Part shown: positions 27,982 through 38,573 of the stretch, piece by piece
Position numbering within the stretch: position 1 is the first letter of the stretch
How the letters are laid out: each line of letters opens with the position of its first letter
Origin: an uncultured delta proteobacterium
GTDB lineage: Bacteria; Desulfobacterota; Desulfomonilia; UBA1062
Length of the DNA stretch: 64,000 nt
Assembly (NCBI GenBank): GCA_963752595.1
Contig: CAVVYZ010000014.1
Span: forward strand, 64,001-128,000
Direction of reading: 5' to 3'
Program-made: the position numbers and the translations under genes
Notes under the pieces: generated by a model
What the model saw: the letters and a program-made list of their open reading frames with translations, nothing else
Told to the model about the DNA's origin: nothing
Database searches by the model: none

Positions 27982-30534
27982 TTATGCCCAGCAGATCAGG
28001 CCTGTGTCCACAGGATAGATGAGATTCGTATGGCTCGGGAGAACCCGCACCGTATACCCGAACCTCCCGGTGTCTTCGCACAGGATGCGCACCTGGAACA
28101 GATGCTCGCCTTTACCGACATCCCCACAGTGGTCCATGGTCACCTTCTGCACATTGAAGAGATTTCCTGCATCATCAATATTCCCGTAGTAAACCTGAGC
28201 GCATACATCATTCGGTGAAATCGTTCCCAGGTGAATGGCAGCCTTGACAATGACTTCGCTGTGGACCTCTACCTCATCCCCCTCGGAATGCTCGATGTCC
28301 CGTATCTGGACATCTTTCCAATGTTTCTTTAAGGTATTCATCCAGGAAACAAGTCCCTTGGCATTCTTGAAGTGATCGGCGCCGAGTATGCGTGAATTGA
28401 GAGCAGCCTCCATATAGCACCTGTCAGTATATTCCTCCACCATCCGGTTGGAATTGAACTGCGGGCACAGGATCCTCATGGAGCGTTTCATCATGGCGAT
28501 CCATTTCCTGGGGAGACCGTCTAAGCCCCTGTCGTAGAAAAGCGGGATGACCTCGCGTTCGAGAATATCGTAAACGGTTTTGCTCTCCACTTCATCCTGG
28601 TACTGGAGGTTGTCGTACACCTCTCCGCTCCCTATGGACCAGCCGAGCTCGGGTTGATACCCCTCGACCCACCATCCATCAGGAACGCTCATGTTCAGTG
28701 CACCGTTTGCCGTAGCCTTCATACCCGAGGTACCGCAGGCTTCCAGAGGTCTTCTGGGATTGTTCAGCCAGACATCCACACCCTCAACCAGGTAACGGCC
28801 TATGTTGATATTGTAGTCTTCGAGGAACACCACCCGGTTTCTGAACGGTTCTTCCCTGGCAATATGGATAATGCGCTGGATAAGGGCCTTGCCCTCATGA
28901 TCGCGGGGATGTGCCTTGCCTGAAATAATGAGCTGTACCGGGCGTTCGGTACTGGATACGATCTTCTTGAGGCGCTCGATGTCGTGGAAAAGGAGCAGAC
29001 CTCTTTTATAGGTTGCGAATCTCCTGGCAAACCCTATGGTCAGGGCATCGGGATGCAGGGTTTCCATGGCCCGCTGGATATCGCTGGATTTCCCGCCTCT
29101 GGCCTTGAGCTGTTTCACCAGCCGGCTTCTGGCAAAGGCCACGAGCCTTTCCCGCCTTCTCTGGTGCGTCGACCACAGCTCGGCATCGGGAATCTCGTCG
29201 ATGCGTTCCCATACCTTCTGGTTATCCGGATCCTCTTTCCATTTAGGCCCAAGGTACCGTTCGAAGAGATCGGCCATTTCCGCAGATATCCACGAGGGGG
29301 TATGGATCCCGTTGGTGACGGATGATATGGGTACATCCTCGATGGTGACATGGGGCCAGATATCCTTCCACATATCGCGGGATACCTCTCCGTGCAGCTT
29401 GCTCACCCCGTTCCGATATGCGGAATTCCTGAGGGCAAACACGGTTGCCCCGAAATTATCCTTATCGTTCGCCGGATTTTTCCTTCCCAGGGCGATGAAG
29501 TCAGCCCACTTGATTCCGTGGCATTCCACATAACCCTTGAGGTATTTCTCCATGAGGCTGATCTCGAACACGTCATTGCCGGCCGGCACCGGCGTATGGG
29601 TAGTGAATACCAGGGAAGTCCTTAAAACTTCGCGTGCCGTGGTGAAATCCAGGCCGTGCTTCTCCATGAGCATCCTGGTCCGCTCGAGGCCGACGAGGAA
29701 GGAGTGCCCCTCATTCATGTGGTACACCATGGGATCTATCCCCAGGGCATTCAGGGCCTTCATGCCTCCTATGCCCAGAAGGATTTCCTGCCGAAGCCTG
29801 TCCTCATTGTTCCCGGCATACAGTCCTCCGGTGATGTTGCGCTCATCGGGGTGGTTCTCTTCGAGATTCGTATCCAGAAGGTACAGGGGGATCCTGCCGA
29901 CCTGGCATCTCCATATCTGGGCACAGCAGGGCCGTCCGGCCATGTCGATGCAGATCTTGACCGGCTTGCCGTCCTTGCCTGTTTCGAGATGAAGGGCCAT
30001 ATGGTAAAAGTCGTTATTGGGAGACTCTTCCTGCTGCCAGCCATCCAAGCTCAAGTACTGGGTAAAATATCCATGCTTGTATAGAAGGCCGACCCCGCAC
30101 AGCGGAAGCCTCAGGTCACTGGCGCTCTTGAGATGATCCCCGGCCAGAATGCCCAGCCCTCCTGAATAGATAGGCAGGCTTTCCGTAATGCCGAACTCCA
30201 TAGAAAAGTATGCAATGGTGAAATCAATGGGCTGGGAAAGGAGGAAGGAGTATACACCCTTTTCCGATATATAATCATCGAATGCCTCGGAGGTCCTCTT
30301 CATCTGGGACAGAAAACCGTCGTCCTCCATCAGATCCATGATCCTTCCCTGGGATATCCGGGAGAGCATCTCAACAGGGTTGTGCCCTGTCTCTTCCCAG
30401 AGATCCCGATCCATGTGCTGAAAGAGACGCAATCCCTGCTGGTTCCAGCTGAACCACACATTATATGCAAGGGAGAGGATAGGACTCAGTGTCTCAGGCA
30501 AAGTCGGTACAACTCTAAAGGACTTGATCTTCAT
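27982..30534 (-). CDS. glgP: Alpha-glucan (glycogen) phosphorylase
   Basis: YFSMEFG, YSGGLGILAGDHLKSASDL, NEGH, ARRFATYKR, EACGTSGMK (PLP lysine). Confidence 0.95.
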   Translation of the reverse strand: MKIKSFRVVPTLPETLSPILSLAYNVWFSWNQQGLRLFQHMDRDLWEETGHNPVEMLSRISQGRIMDLMEDDGFLSQMKRTSEAFDDYISEKGVYSFLLSQPIDFTIAYFSMEFGITESLPIYSGGLGILAGDHLKSASDLRLPLCGVGLLYKHGYFTQYLSLDGWQQEESPNNDFYHMALHLETGKDGKPVKICIDMAGRPCCAQIWRCQVGRIPLYLLDTNLEENHPDERNITGGLYAGNNEDRLRQEILLGIGGMKALNALGIDPMVYHMNEGHSFLVGLERTRMLMEKHGLDFTTAREVLRTSLVFTTHTPVPAGNDVFEISLMEKYLKGYVECHGIKWADFIALGRKNPANDKDNFGATVFALRNSAYRNGVSKLHGEVSRDMWKDIWPHVTIEDVPISSVTNGIHTPSWISAEMADLFERYLGPKWKEDPDNQKVWERIDEIPDAELWSTHQRRRERLVAFARSRLVKQLKARGGKSSDIQRAMETLHPDALTIGFARRFATYKRGLLLFHDIERLKKIVSSTERPVQLIISGKAHPRDHEGKALIQRIIHIAREEPFRNRVVFLEDYNINIGRYLVEGVDVWLNNPRRPLEACGTSGMKATANGALNMSVPDGWWVEGYQPELGWSIGSGEVYDNLQYQDEVESKTVYDILEREVIPLFYDRGLDGLPRKWIAMMKRSMRILCPQFNSNRMVEEYTDRCYMEAALNSRILGADHFKNAKGLVSWMNTLKKHWKDVQIRDIEHSEGDEVEVHSEVIVKAAIHLGTISPNDVCAQVYYGNIDDAGNLFNVQKVTMDHCGDVGKGEHLFQVRILCEDTGRFGYTVRVLPSHTNLIYPVDTGLICWA

Positions 30535-30865
30535 AAAAACCCCTTTCGTATGACAACATATTTCTCCTCATGCCGTGGCGAAAAAACACCTTATTACCTC
30601 GTGGAAGCGATGCGGGATGAGGGAAAAATATGTTCCCAAATAATGGACTGCTTGACCTCATATGTACTATTATCATCATGTCTATCAACCAATACTTAAG
30701 GATACATAAACACCGGCATGGTACGGTATCGGAAATTTGATAATCCGACTAAATTTTTTCCGTATTTTTTGTACAATCTCATTCCTGCGGATAAAACACA
30801 TTGAGAAACTACGAATGGGATTACTACTCCGGTATAAAAATAAGGAACCATTCCCTCTTCATCTG

Positions 30866-30896
30866 AAAGGCCGGTATGGCGCACGCCATACCGGCC
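30866..30896 (-). terminator. Terminator-like hairpin after the tol-pal operon
   Basis: GGCCGGTATGGC-GCAC-GCCATACCGGCC, 12-bp stem with a short T-run. Confidence 0.65.
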
Positions 30897-30963
30897 CTCG
30901 TATTGAAAGAGTGCAGCCATCCATGGCCCAAAAACTACCTTGAAACCTGATGATTTGATCCCT

Positions 30964-31686
30964 TTACCCCTTCCCGAGCCCTTCTTTCATGATCCTCTTA
31001 GCCTTGCTTGCAGCCTCGCTATTTGGATAGCGCTGGATAAGGCGCTGCAGAATGAGATTCCCTGTTTCATTGTCTCCTGTTTTATAGAACGCCATACCTT
31101 CTTTGAGGAGGGCATCGGGCAGTTTATCACTCGATCCGAATTTCTTTTCGATCATATCGTACTGCAGGATGGCATCTTCATATTTTCCGAGGGAATAGAA
31201 TGTTTCGCCAATCCAGAATTGGGTGTCGTCAACGAGCGCAGGATCCGGGTTGGATGAGAGGAAAGCCTTCAGATCGCTCAGCGCATCCGCAAACCTTCCG
31301 CCGCGGTACTTTTCCAGCCCCGTATCGAAAAGGGACCTGGGAGGCTGCTTCTGCGCATCAATAAGGGATTTAAGGCTCATGATCTCCTTTTCCATGGCAT
31401 TCAGGCGCTCCTCTTTGACCGAGCCCTTTGTGGCTACCTTCAGCTCTTCGATGCCTCCCTGCAGCAGGGATATCTGCTCCTGTAGCTCTGTATATCCGGC
31501 CTGGAGCTCGGCCTGCTGTCCCAGGCCTTGCTCCGTGAGCCGGTCTTTTTCCTTGAGCCTGTCTTCCGCTTTCGTAACCCTGGTCTTGAGGGCATCCACT
31601 TCCCATTTCACCGCTTTCAAATCCTGCTGGGAAGCACAGCCCGCAAGGAAAAACAGAACGATGAGGGAGGGGAATAGTCTGTTCAT
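30964..31686 (-). CDS. cpoB: Tol-Pal system protein YbgF/CpoB (lipoprotein, coiled coil + TPR)
   Basis: Lipobox LAGC, coiled coil, TPR (QFWIGE, PDALLKEG, YPNSEAA); follows pal. Confidence 0.88.
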   Translation of the reverse strand: MNRLFPSLIVLFFLAGCASQQDLKAVKWEVDALKTRVTKAEDRLKEKDRLTEQGLGQQAELQAGYTELQEQISLLQGGIEELKVATKGSVKEERLNAMEKEIMSLKSLIDAQKQPPRSLFDTGLEKYRGGRFADALSDLKAFLSSNPDPALVDDTQFWIGETFYSLGKYEDAILQYDMIEKKFGSSDKLPDALLKEGMAFYKTGDNETGNLILQRLIQRYPNSEAASKAKRIMKEGLGKG

Positions 31687-31696
31687 ATCGCCCCTA

Positions 31697-32260
31697 TCAA
31701 TCGCCAAGAATGTCGAAATGGGCCCTTCTGTTCTTTGCCCATGCCTGCTCGGTCTGAGCCGGATCCAACGGCTTCTCCTCGCCATAGCTGATCGTGGTCA
31801 ACCGGTCGCGGCTGATGCCTAAGAAGACGAGGTAATCCAGCGCCGCCTTTGCCCTGCGCTCACCCAGTGCGAGGTTGTATTCACTCGTACCCCTCTCGTC
31901 GCAATTGCCCTCGATCCGGACCTTTACGCTCTGATGGGCATTGAGGTAACCGGCCTTCTCGGCGAGAATCTTTCTGTCTTCCGGCATAACGTTGAATGTG
32001 TCGTAATCGAAATGGATATCCTTGTCCTCAAAGGACGCGGCATCCCCGGCAAGAGCTCCGGTCTTGGGCGTAGACTGAACGCCGCCTTCCGACTTGGGCA
32101 TCTCCATCCCCATATCGCCGGGTGCCTTGGTCCCGAGTTCCTTCTGCTGAGGGGGTGTCACTTCACCTACCTGCTCAACCTTCTTTTTGGCACATCCTGC
32201 TGCGAAAAGGACGAGAGACAAAATCATTATCAGACAAATTCCCCTGTTCATATTCCTCAT
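31697..32260 (-). CDS. pal: Peptidoglycan-associated lipoprotein
   Basis: Lipobox AAGC, IHFDYD, EGNCDERGTSEYNLALGERRA, AKNRR. Confidence 0.96.
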   Translation of the reverse strand: MRNMNRGICLIMILSLVLFAAGCAKKKVEQVGEVTPPQQKELGTKAPGDMGMEMPKSEGGVQSTPKTGALAGDAASFEDKDIHFDYDTFNVMPEDRKILAEKAGYLNAHQSVKVRIEGNCDERGTSEYNLALGERRAKAALDYLVFLGISRDRLTTISYGEEKPLDPAQTEQAWAKNRRAHFDILGD

Positions 32261-32459
32261 ATACTCCTCCTTATTTGTATCACTGTGTATTCATGGTCTG
32301 AACATCTTGATATCCAAAGTGCCGCCACATCAATTACCCCAAAACCTGGTCAGGTCAAGCGGAAAATATCAACCTTCCACGGAGCCCGAGAAGACCTCCC
32401 ATTCATAATAATCCGGTTATACCAGTATTTTTTCATAAAACCCGAAGACGATTCCTTTC

Positions 32460-33737
32460 CTATTCCAATACAGGCGACCAGCTGGGCTGGGAAAGACCGC
32501 CGCCTTGCGTGACCCTGGCCGTGAAGCTCCCGATAAGGTCGGTAATGTAAATATTCCCGTCCGAGGCGACAAAGGCAATGAGCCTTCCATCCGGGGAAAA
32601 GGTAGGAGATTCATCCCCTTTTCCGGTACCCGGCAGAACCCTCATCCCGCTCCCGTCCGGCCGTATCAACGCAACATGATACCGGCTGTCCGAGTTTGAG
32701 AGATAGGTGAACGCCACGAGATCCCCTTTCGGAGAAAACACCGGCTCTGAGTTATACTTACCCTGGAAGGTGATCCTGTCTGCCTTTCGGGAAAAAATAT
32801 CCATGAGGTATATCTGTGGGTTGCCTGCACGGGAAGAGCAGAAAACCAGCTGTTTTCCGTCAGGCGAAAAGAACGGCGACGTATCGATGGCCCAACTGTT
32901 CGTGAGGCGCAAAGGGTTTTTGCCGTCCTGGCCGATCATGTAGATCTCCGGATCTCCGTCCTTTGAGATGGTGCAGACTATCTTGCGGCCGGTTGCATCG
33001 AAACAGGGGGTGGTATTGATCCCCTTATAGGATGAGATCGGGCTTACCTTGTACGATGCAATATCAAGAAGATATAAATCGGGGTTGTTCCTCCAATAGG
33101 ATACGAATGCAATCTTCTTCCCGTCCGGAGACCATGCCGGGTCCAGTACAAGGTCTCCGCCGCCCTTGATGGGCGTTGCCCCTGTCCCGTCGCACCAGAG
33201 TGTATAGAGCTGCTTCTTTTTCCCGGTCTTCTGAATCGCCACGAGCTTGGAAGAGAAGAGCGGGTCAAGCCCCAGGGATTTGTTCAGGAAGCTATCCATG
33301 AATGCATGCACTGCACGGTAGGCCGTGCCGGCCTTGGTCGTATAGGCGGTATTGATGAGCACCCGTGAGGTCGAGAGCTCAACCACTTGGATGACTAGGT
33401 TCACGAGCGTATCCTGCACATCGACCCTGGCTGCGATGACGTAATCGGCGCCGATGAGGCTCCAGCCAGGAAGCGATGACGGCTCGACAAAGCTCATCGG
33501 CCCCGGATTGACATATCCCTTGGGATCTATGAGGCTGAACGCGCCGGATATTTCAAGGTCTTTTGCACAGATCGACCATACGGAATCGGCCAATGCACGA
33601 GATCCCCCGAATGAGGGCATCGCGACCTTCAGCCTTTTGAAGCCCCTGGCTTCGATATCTATATGGACCTGCTCTGCCATGATCAATGAGGGCACGAGAC
33701 CTGAAAGGATCATGATAAGGGTGATGATCTTCTTCAT
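32460..33737 (-). CDS. tolB: Tol-Pal beta-propeller protein TolB
   Basis: TolB N-domain and repeated P.WSPDG/FSPDG (PD40) units. Confidence 0.93.
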   Translation of the reverse strand: MKKIITLIMILSGLVPSLIMAEQVHIDIEARGFKRLKVAMPSFGGSRALADSVWSICAKDLEISGAFSLIDPKGYVNPGPMSFVEPSSLPGWSLIGADYVIAARVDVQDTLVNLVIQVVELSTSRVLINTAYTTKAGTAYRAVHAFMDSFLNKSLGLDPLFSSKLVAIQKTGKKKQLYTLWCDGTGATPIKGGGDLVLDPAWSPDGKKIAFVSYWRNNPDLYLLDIASYKVSPISSYKGINTTPCFDATGRKIVCTISKDGDPEIYMIGQDGKNPLRLTNSWAIDTSPFFSPDGKQLVFCSSRAGNPQIYLMDIFSRKADRITFQGKYNSEPVFSPKGDLVAFTYLSNSDSRYHVALIRPDGSGMRVLPGTGKGDESPTFSPDGRLIAFVASDGNIYITDLIGSFTARVTQGGGLSQPSWSPVLE

Positions 33738-34457
33738 CTATTCTGCTCCTTTGGGAGGGGTAAACGACATGGTGAAATCTTCGCTCTCTTTTCCTGCTAT
33801 CATGAAGAATGGCGGCTGGGGCAATCTCTTGATGCTGCTCAGCGCAATATATACCGACCGATCATACGGGCTGTTTCCCGAGGAAACGAGAAGCCTTTTG
33901 TCCAGCAACTCCCCGGTCCGGGAGATCCTGAGCTGGTACGTTGTCTTCAGGGACTTTTCCACGTATGCAATTTCAGGGGGGGCCTTCCAGACCCTTTGGA
34001 CCAGGGCCATGACCTGGGATTTCCAGAGGCTCAGCAGGTATGAATTTTCATCGCTGCTCCTGTTGAGCTGACCCTGTGAAGTACCGGAAACAGGGGCGGA
34101 GGATTGGGGGGCGGGAGTCGTACGAGCAGCCGGCGACGATTCAGGATACGGGTCCTGATTTTTCTCCGCCGGTTCGATCTTTGACGGAGAGAGCTCAGGG
34201 GTGATATCCGGCAGTGCCTTTTCCTTATTGATTTTACTGATAGCCTTGGGGCCGCTTTTTGAGTTTAGATACCGGGTATTTGCGGTCTTTCTGGAGGCAG
34301 GCTGTCTTATGGCAGAAGGCGCTTCGGCCACGATATCCACCTCGTAAACCTCGTATGCCGGGTTGTCCTTGGCAGAAAAACCGACATCCACCAAAGCCAG
34401 GATCAGGAGTCCATGCAAGAGGAGCGATGCCCCATTGTACCAGCTGAGTGCCTTCAT
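33738..34457 (-). CDS. tolA: TolA/TonB C-terminal domain protein
   Basis: N-terminal TM with SLLLH, Pro/Ser linker, SSGNSPYDRS; lies between tolR and tolB. Confidence 0.78.
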   Translation of the reverse strand: MKALSWYNGASLLLHGLLILALVDVGFSAKDNPAYEVYEVDIVAEAPSAIRQPASRKTANTRYLNSKSGPKAISKINKEKALPDITPELSPSKIEPAEKNQDPYPESSPAARTTPAPQSSAPVSGTSQGQLNRSSDENSYLLSLWKSQVMALVQRVWKAPPEIAYVEKSLKTTYQLRISRTGELLDKRLLVSSGNSPYDRSVYIALSSIKRLPQPPFFMIAGKESEDFTMSFTPPKGAE

Positions 34458-34461
34458 CTTT

Positions 34462-34872
34462 TTATTTCTTTACCGGCGGCTGTGTCACCAGGCCGATCTT
34501 GGTAAGACCGGTGGACCGGATCATGCCCATAACCTCGACTACGAAGCCGTAGGGGACCGATTTGTCGGCCTGGAGGAATACGCTCTCCACGCCGCGCTGC
34601 TCGCGTATCTGTTCGAGGATCATGCCGAGTCTGGCAAAATCGATGGTCGATCCGTTGATGTCCAGGGTCTTGTCCTTATTGACGGTAATGATAAGGTCCT
34701 GGCTCTGGGTCTCCAGCGCGCGCGACTCCACCTCGGGCAGATCGACCTTCATCCCCTCCTTCATCATGGGGGCAGAAACCATGAAGATGATCAGAAGCAC
34801 GAGCATCACGTCCACCAGAGGCGTGACATTGATCTCTGCTACGTGCTTGCCCGGCTTATTATTCGCCATCAT
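34462..34872 (-). CDS. tolR: TolR
   Basis: EINVTPLVDVMLVLLIIFMV, ADKSVPYG. Confidence 0.93.
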   Translation of the reverse strand: MMANNKPGKHVAEINVTPLVDVMLVLLIIFMVSAPMMKEGMKVDLPEVESRALETQSQDLIITVNKDKTLDINGSTIDFARLGMILEQIREQRGVESVFLQADKSVPYGFVVEVMGMIRSTGLTKIGLVTQPPVKK

Positions 34873-35573
34873 GGGCGAGACTCCTGCGGATGCGGTTCAT
34901 GAAATCGATCTGGAACCGCTCCATCTGGGTGATGGCATGGGTAAGCTGGGAGGTGAAGAAATTATAGAAAAGCACGGCAGGGATGGCCACAAAAAGGCCT
35001 GCAGCCGTGGCAATGAGCGCCTCGGAGATACCCGGCGCAACCGTTGCCAGGTTGGCCGAACCTTTAAGCCCGATCTCCCGGAAGGAATCCATGATCCCCC
35101 AGACCGTTCCGAACAGGCCGATGAACGGGCTCGAATTGCTGATGCTCGCAAGGAACCCCAGTCCGTGGGAAAGCTCGGACGTCTGGCCCGCGTTTTCGCT
35201 CCTGATCCGCTCCTCCACATTGACGAGCATGACGGAAGGAACCCCCTGGCCCCTGACGTTCAGCTTCTTGAGCTCGGAATGGGCGCCGTTGAACAGCTTT
35301 GCCAGCGGCGCAGTCGCCTGTCCTGTCCACCTGGTTGCGGAGCTCGTTCATGCTGGAGCCACCTGAGAGATGGTCAAGAATTTCCTGGCCCCGCTTTCGC
35401 GAACGGGAAAGCACGACCCACTTCTGGATGATGATTCCCCAGGAAATGATGGAAAAGAGAAACAATATGAGCAGCACGAGCTTCACGATGGGGTCCGAGT
35501 CGACGACCATGGCGCCTACATCGCCCCTGAACTGAGCTGTTGCCGCATAGGCTGTTGATGTGAAAAACGGCAT
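34859..35573 (-). CDS. tolQ: TolQ, with an apparent +1 frameshift near 35309
   Basis: 5' part IVKLVLLILFLFSIISWGII; 3' part SPFIGLFGTVWGIM..VAPGISEALIATAAGL in the next frame. Confidence 0.88.
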
Positions 35574-35725
35574 GTATAAACCTCCTAATTGATTATCTAT
35601 TTGGTATGAGCAGAGCCCGGCCCCTAAGGTAAGAAAGAGAATCCCGCTCCCCTCGTTCCGGTGCAGCATATGCGAAGCAGGGCTCGATTTCCATGTTTTT
35701 CTGCCTGAGGACAGACCCTGGCCCC

Positions 35726-36712
35726 TCATTTCCTCAACTCTTTCGGTAGCGTTATGGTGAACGTGGTTCCCTTTGGACCTGAAACAAATGTAATATTGCC
35801 TGAGTGCATCTTTATGAGCCTGTATGAGATGGAAAGGCCCAGGCCGATCCCTTTGGGCTTGGTGGTAAAAAAGGGATCGAATATCCGGCTGCGGATATCT
35901 TCCGGTATGCCTTTGCCGGTATCGCTCACCGAGATCTCGACATTTACTCCGCTACGGTCAAGATGAACCTCCATATGGCCGCCCGATGACATTGCCTGCA
36001 GCGCGTTTATGAACATATTCATGAGCACCTGCTGGATCATATCGGGATCCGCCTTGATCCTGACCTCCTCGGTGGGATAGAATTCCATGATCCGGATATG
36101 ACCCTGGCGGGCTGTATCCTGCACTATGAATAAGGTATCTTCAATGATCTTTTTGAGATCGCAATTCCGCAACTGAAGGTCCTTGGGCTTTGCAAAATCG
36201 AAGAAATTGAGCAGGAGCTTGTTGAGCCTGTCGATCTCGACGATGATCCTCGATATATAGGCACTCCGGTGATCGTTCTCCGGCAACTCCTCCTGGAGGG
36301 CCTGTGCCGTGGTCTTTATGCCTGCCAGCGGGTTACGGATTTCATGGGCAATGCCCGAGGTGAGCTCGCCCACCGATGCAAGCTTGTCCATCCTCAGGAT
36401 CTCCTGCTGGAGGCGATGAATCTCGGAAATATCGGTCAGGACTATTGCCGTACACCCGTTTGACAAAGGAACATGGCTGAACCTCACCGTTATTCTGTCA
36501 TCCCCCCTGGTCCGGAACATGAGATCCTTCTCGCCGGTGCCTTGGTGCATGAGCGCCTCAATGTTGACCTCCCTGAGACCTTGGTTGTCGAGGCCCATAT
36601 ATTCCAACGCCGCTTTATTCGCATAGGTGACTGCCCCTGCGTCATCCGCCAGCATGACCCCGGTGGGAAGTTCGTCAAGGATCTCGACCATTACCTTCCT
36701 GTCCATGTTCAT
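35726..36712 (-). CDS. Cytoplasmic PAS sensor histidine kinase (NtrB/AtoS-like), orphan
   Basis: PAS domain, H-box AHEIRNPL, N-box QVLMNMFINA, DTGKG, FFTTK, GIGLGL. Confidence 0.92.
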   Translation of the reverse strand: MNMDRKVMVEILDELPTGVMLADDAGAVTYANKAALEYMGLDNQGLREVNIEALMHQGTGEKDLMFRTRGDDRITVRFSHVPLSNGCTAIVLTDISEIHRLQQEILRMDKLASVGELTSGIAHEIRNPLAGIKTTAQALQEELPENDHRSAYISRIIVEIDRLNKLLLNFFDFAKPKDLQLRNCDLKKIIEDTLFIVQDTARQGHIRIMEFYPTEEVRIKADPDMIQQVLMNMFINALQAMSSGGHMEVHLDRSGVNVEISVSDTGKGIPEDIRSRIFDPFFTTKPKGIGLGLSISYRLIKMHSGNITFVSGPKGTTFTITLPKELRK

Positions 36713-36843
36713 ATACTAGCCAACATCCGATAAAACTTCCAGATAAATTTGTTCACCATTTGGCACTTTCTGCCTTAATGATAAATTTATTTAATTACAA
36801 GTTTTTTTTATTATTTTCCGGATGGCATATGCCGAAGATTATA

Positions 36844-36900
36844 TTGACATGATAAGTTGTTTAATATATATGCCAAAAAGTGCCATTTGGTGTCAAATTG
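36844..36900 (+). promoter_or_regulatory. dcw promoter with 10-bp-phased repeats (candidate MraZ boxes)
   Basis: TTGACA at 36844, AT-rich -10, then TGCCA/TGCCA/TGTCA at 36871/36881/36891. Confidence 0.55.
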
Positions 36901-36913
36901 CTGAGGGTCAAAG

Positions 36914-37357
36914 GTGTTTAAAGGGCATTACATAAATTCCATTAATGATAAGGGACGCGTGAGCATCCCATCGAGATTCAGGGATGTCCTGAACGGATGG
37001 GCTGCGGACCGCCTTATCGTCACCAAAGGCCTTGACCAGTGTCTCGTGGCCTATGCCCCCGAAGATTGGGAACGAATGGAGAAGAAGGCAACGGCCCTGT
37101 CTACGGTCAGGAGAGCGGACATCATATTCAAACGGCATGTAATGGGATCTGCCGAGGAATGCCAGTTAGATGCGCAGGGGCGGATACTTGTCCCTGCAAG
37201 CCTGCGCGAGTATGCCGGTCTTAAAAAGAAATGCCTCTGCGTAGGCGTTACCGACCGCTTCGAGATCTGGGATGTTGATACTTATGATGCGTATATGAAG
37301 GAGGCCTTGAAAGATCCCGAGAGCTTAAGAGACAAACTTGCTGAACTGGGTTTATAG
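36914..37357 (+). CDS. mraZ: Division/cell wall cluster transcriptional regulator MraZ
   Basis: MFKG..INDKGRVSIP, LDAQGRI, EIW. Confidence 0.95.
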   Translation: MFKGHYINSINDKGRVSIPSRFRDVLNGWAADRLIVTKGLDQCLVAYAPEDWERMEKKATALSTVRRADIIFKRHVMGSAEECQLDAQGRILVPASLREYAGLKKKCLCVGVTDRFEIWDVDTYDAYMKEALKDPESLRDKLAELGL

Positions 37358-37361
37358 GCCT

Positions 37362-38286
37362 ATGCAGCACGTCCCGGTATTGCTCAAAGAGGTGGTGGAG
37401 GTAATAATGCCCCATGACGGCGGCCGATACTTTGACGGCACTCTGGGATCCGGAGGGCATGCACGGACGATTCTCGAAAGCAGTTCCCCCAGTGGCCGGC
37501 TGGCAGGCACCGACCTCGACAGAGAAGCAATCTCACGACTTACGGATGAATTGGTGCAATACAAAGGAAGGGTTCACCTTTTTCAGGGCAACTATACTGA
37601 GATAGACAGGATTTGTACCATGCTCGGATGGGACAGACTCGATGGAATTCTGCTCGATCTCGGGATGTCATCGACAGCCCTCGATGATCCCGGTCGAGGG
37701 TTTTCTTTTCTGAAGCCGGGACCCCTGGACATGAGATTCTCATCACAGGAAGACCTTACCGCGGAACACGTCGTAAACAGCTATGAGGAAAGCAGGCTGG
37801 CATCACTCCTCAGAGCGTACGGCGATGAGCGGTTTGCAAAACGCATCGCGCGCCGCATTGTCGAGTCGAGGCCGATCAGCACCACCACAGAGCTTGCCGA
37901 GCATCGTGGGTCGTGCGATCCCGCGGCGTTACTGGCCGCAGAAGATCCATCCGGCAACGAAGACCTTCCAGGCCATCCGCATGGAGGTCAACAGCGAGAT
38001 CGAAAACATCAATACATTCCTCCCGAGGGCAGCATCACTCCTGGCTCCCGGAGGGGTAATGGCCATCATATCATACCATTCTCTCGAAGACCGTATCATA
38101 AAGCGTTTTTTTTCCGGAACTACCGAAGGTTTCACGTTCCCCCGGGGCCTTCCCGCCCCTGCCAAAGAAACCGGACCCATCCTCGAGAGGATCACGCGGA
38201 AATCCATCACCCCCACGGAAGAAGAAGTGGGGCAGAATCCCAGGTCCAGAAGCGCACGCCTCAGGGCAGTGAGGAGGGTCTCATGA
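37362..38286 (+). CDS. rsmH: 16S rRNA m4C1402 methyltransferase RsmH, apparent +1 frameshift near 37899
   Basis: HVPVLL, DGTLGSGGH, DLGMSS, PLDMR; HPATKTFQAIR, SYHSLEDR and NPRSRSA lie in the shifted frame. Confidence 0.92.
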
Positions 38287-38573
38287 AGACAAGGATATCC
38301 CTTGAGATACTCCCCTCCACGATTATCATCCTCGTGGTTTTCACGGCGTGGGCATTCTTCCATATCTGGTCCAGGCATACGGCAACCGAGCTCGGATACA
38401 AAATATCCTCGGAGCAGACTGCGAAAGAAGAGCTCTTGGGCGAGGAGAAGTCGTTACGGCTGGAGATTTCAACCCTCAAGAGCTCCAAGAGGCTGGAAGC
38501 GATAGCACGGGACAAGCTGGGTATGAGGTCCCCAAGCTCCGATCAGGTGATATACGTATGGAACAACGAGTAA
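38283..38573 (+). CDS. ftsL: Cell division protein FtsL
   Basis: TM plus leucine zipper, LEAIARDKLGM..P; position between rsmH and ftsI. Confidence 0.88.
   Translation: MKTRISLEILPSTIIILVVFTAWAFFHIWSRHTATELGYKISSEQTAKEELLGEEKSLRLEISTLKSSKRLEAIARDKLGMRSPSSDQVIYVWNNE

Noticed and set aside
30535-30960. Short ORFs or structured RNA between glgP and cpoB
   Set aside because: AT-rich regulatory DNA; the ORFs lack motifs and an SD, and only the terminator hairpin is supportable.
36761-36775. TGGCAC as a sigma54 promoter near mraZ
   Set aside because: GG-to-GC spacing is 8, not 10; better explained as an inverted copy of the mraZ box.
37338-38573. Apparent RsmH-FtsL fusion in the ORF track
   Set aside because: Produced by the +1 indel near 37899; the true RsmH C-terminus lies in another frame.
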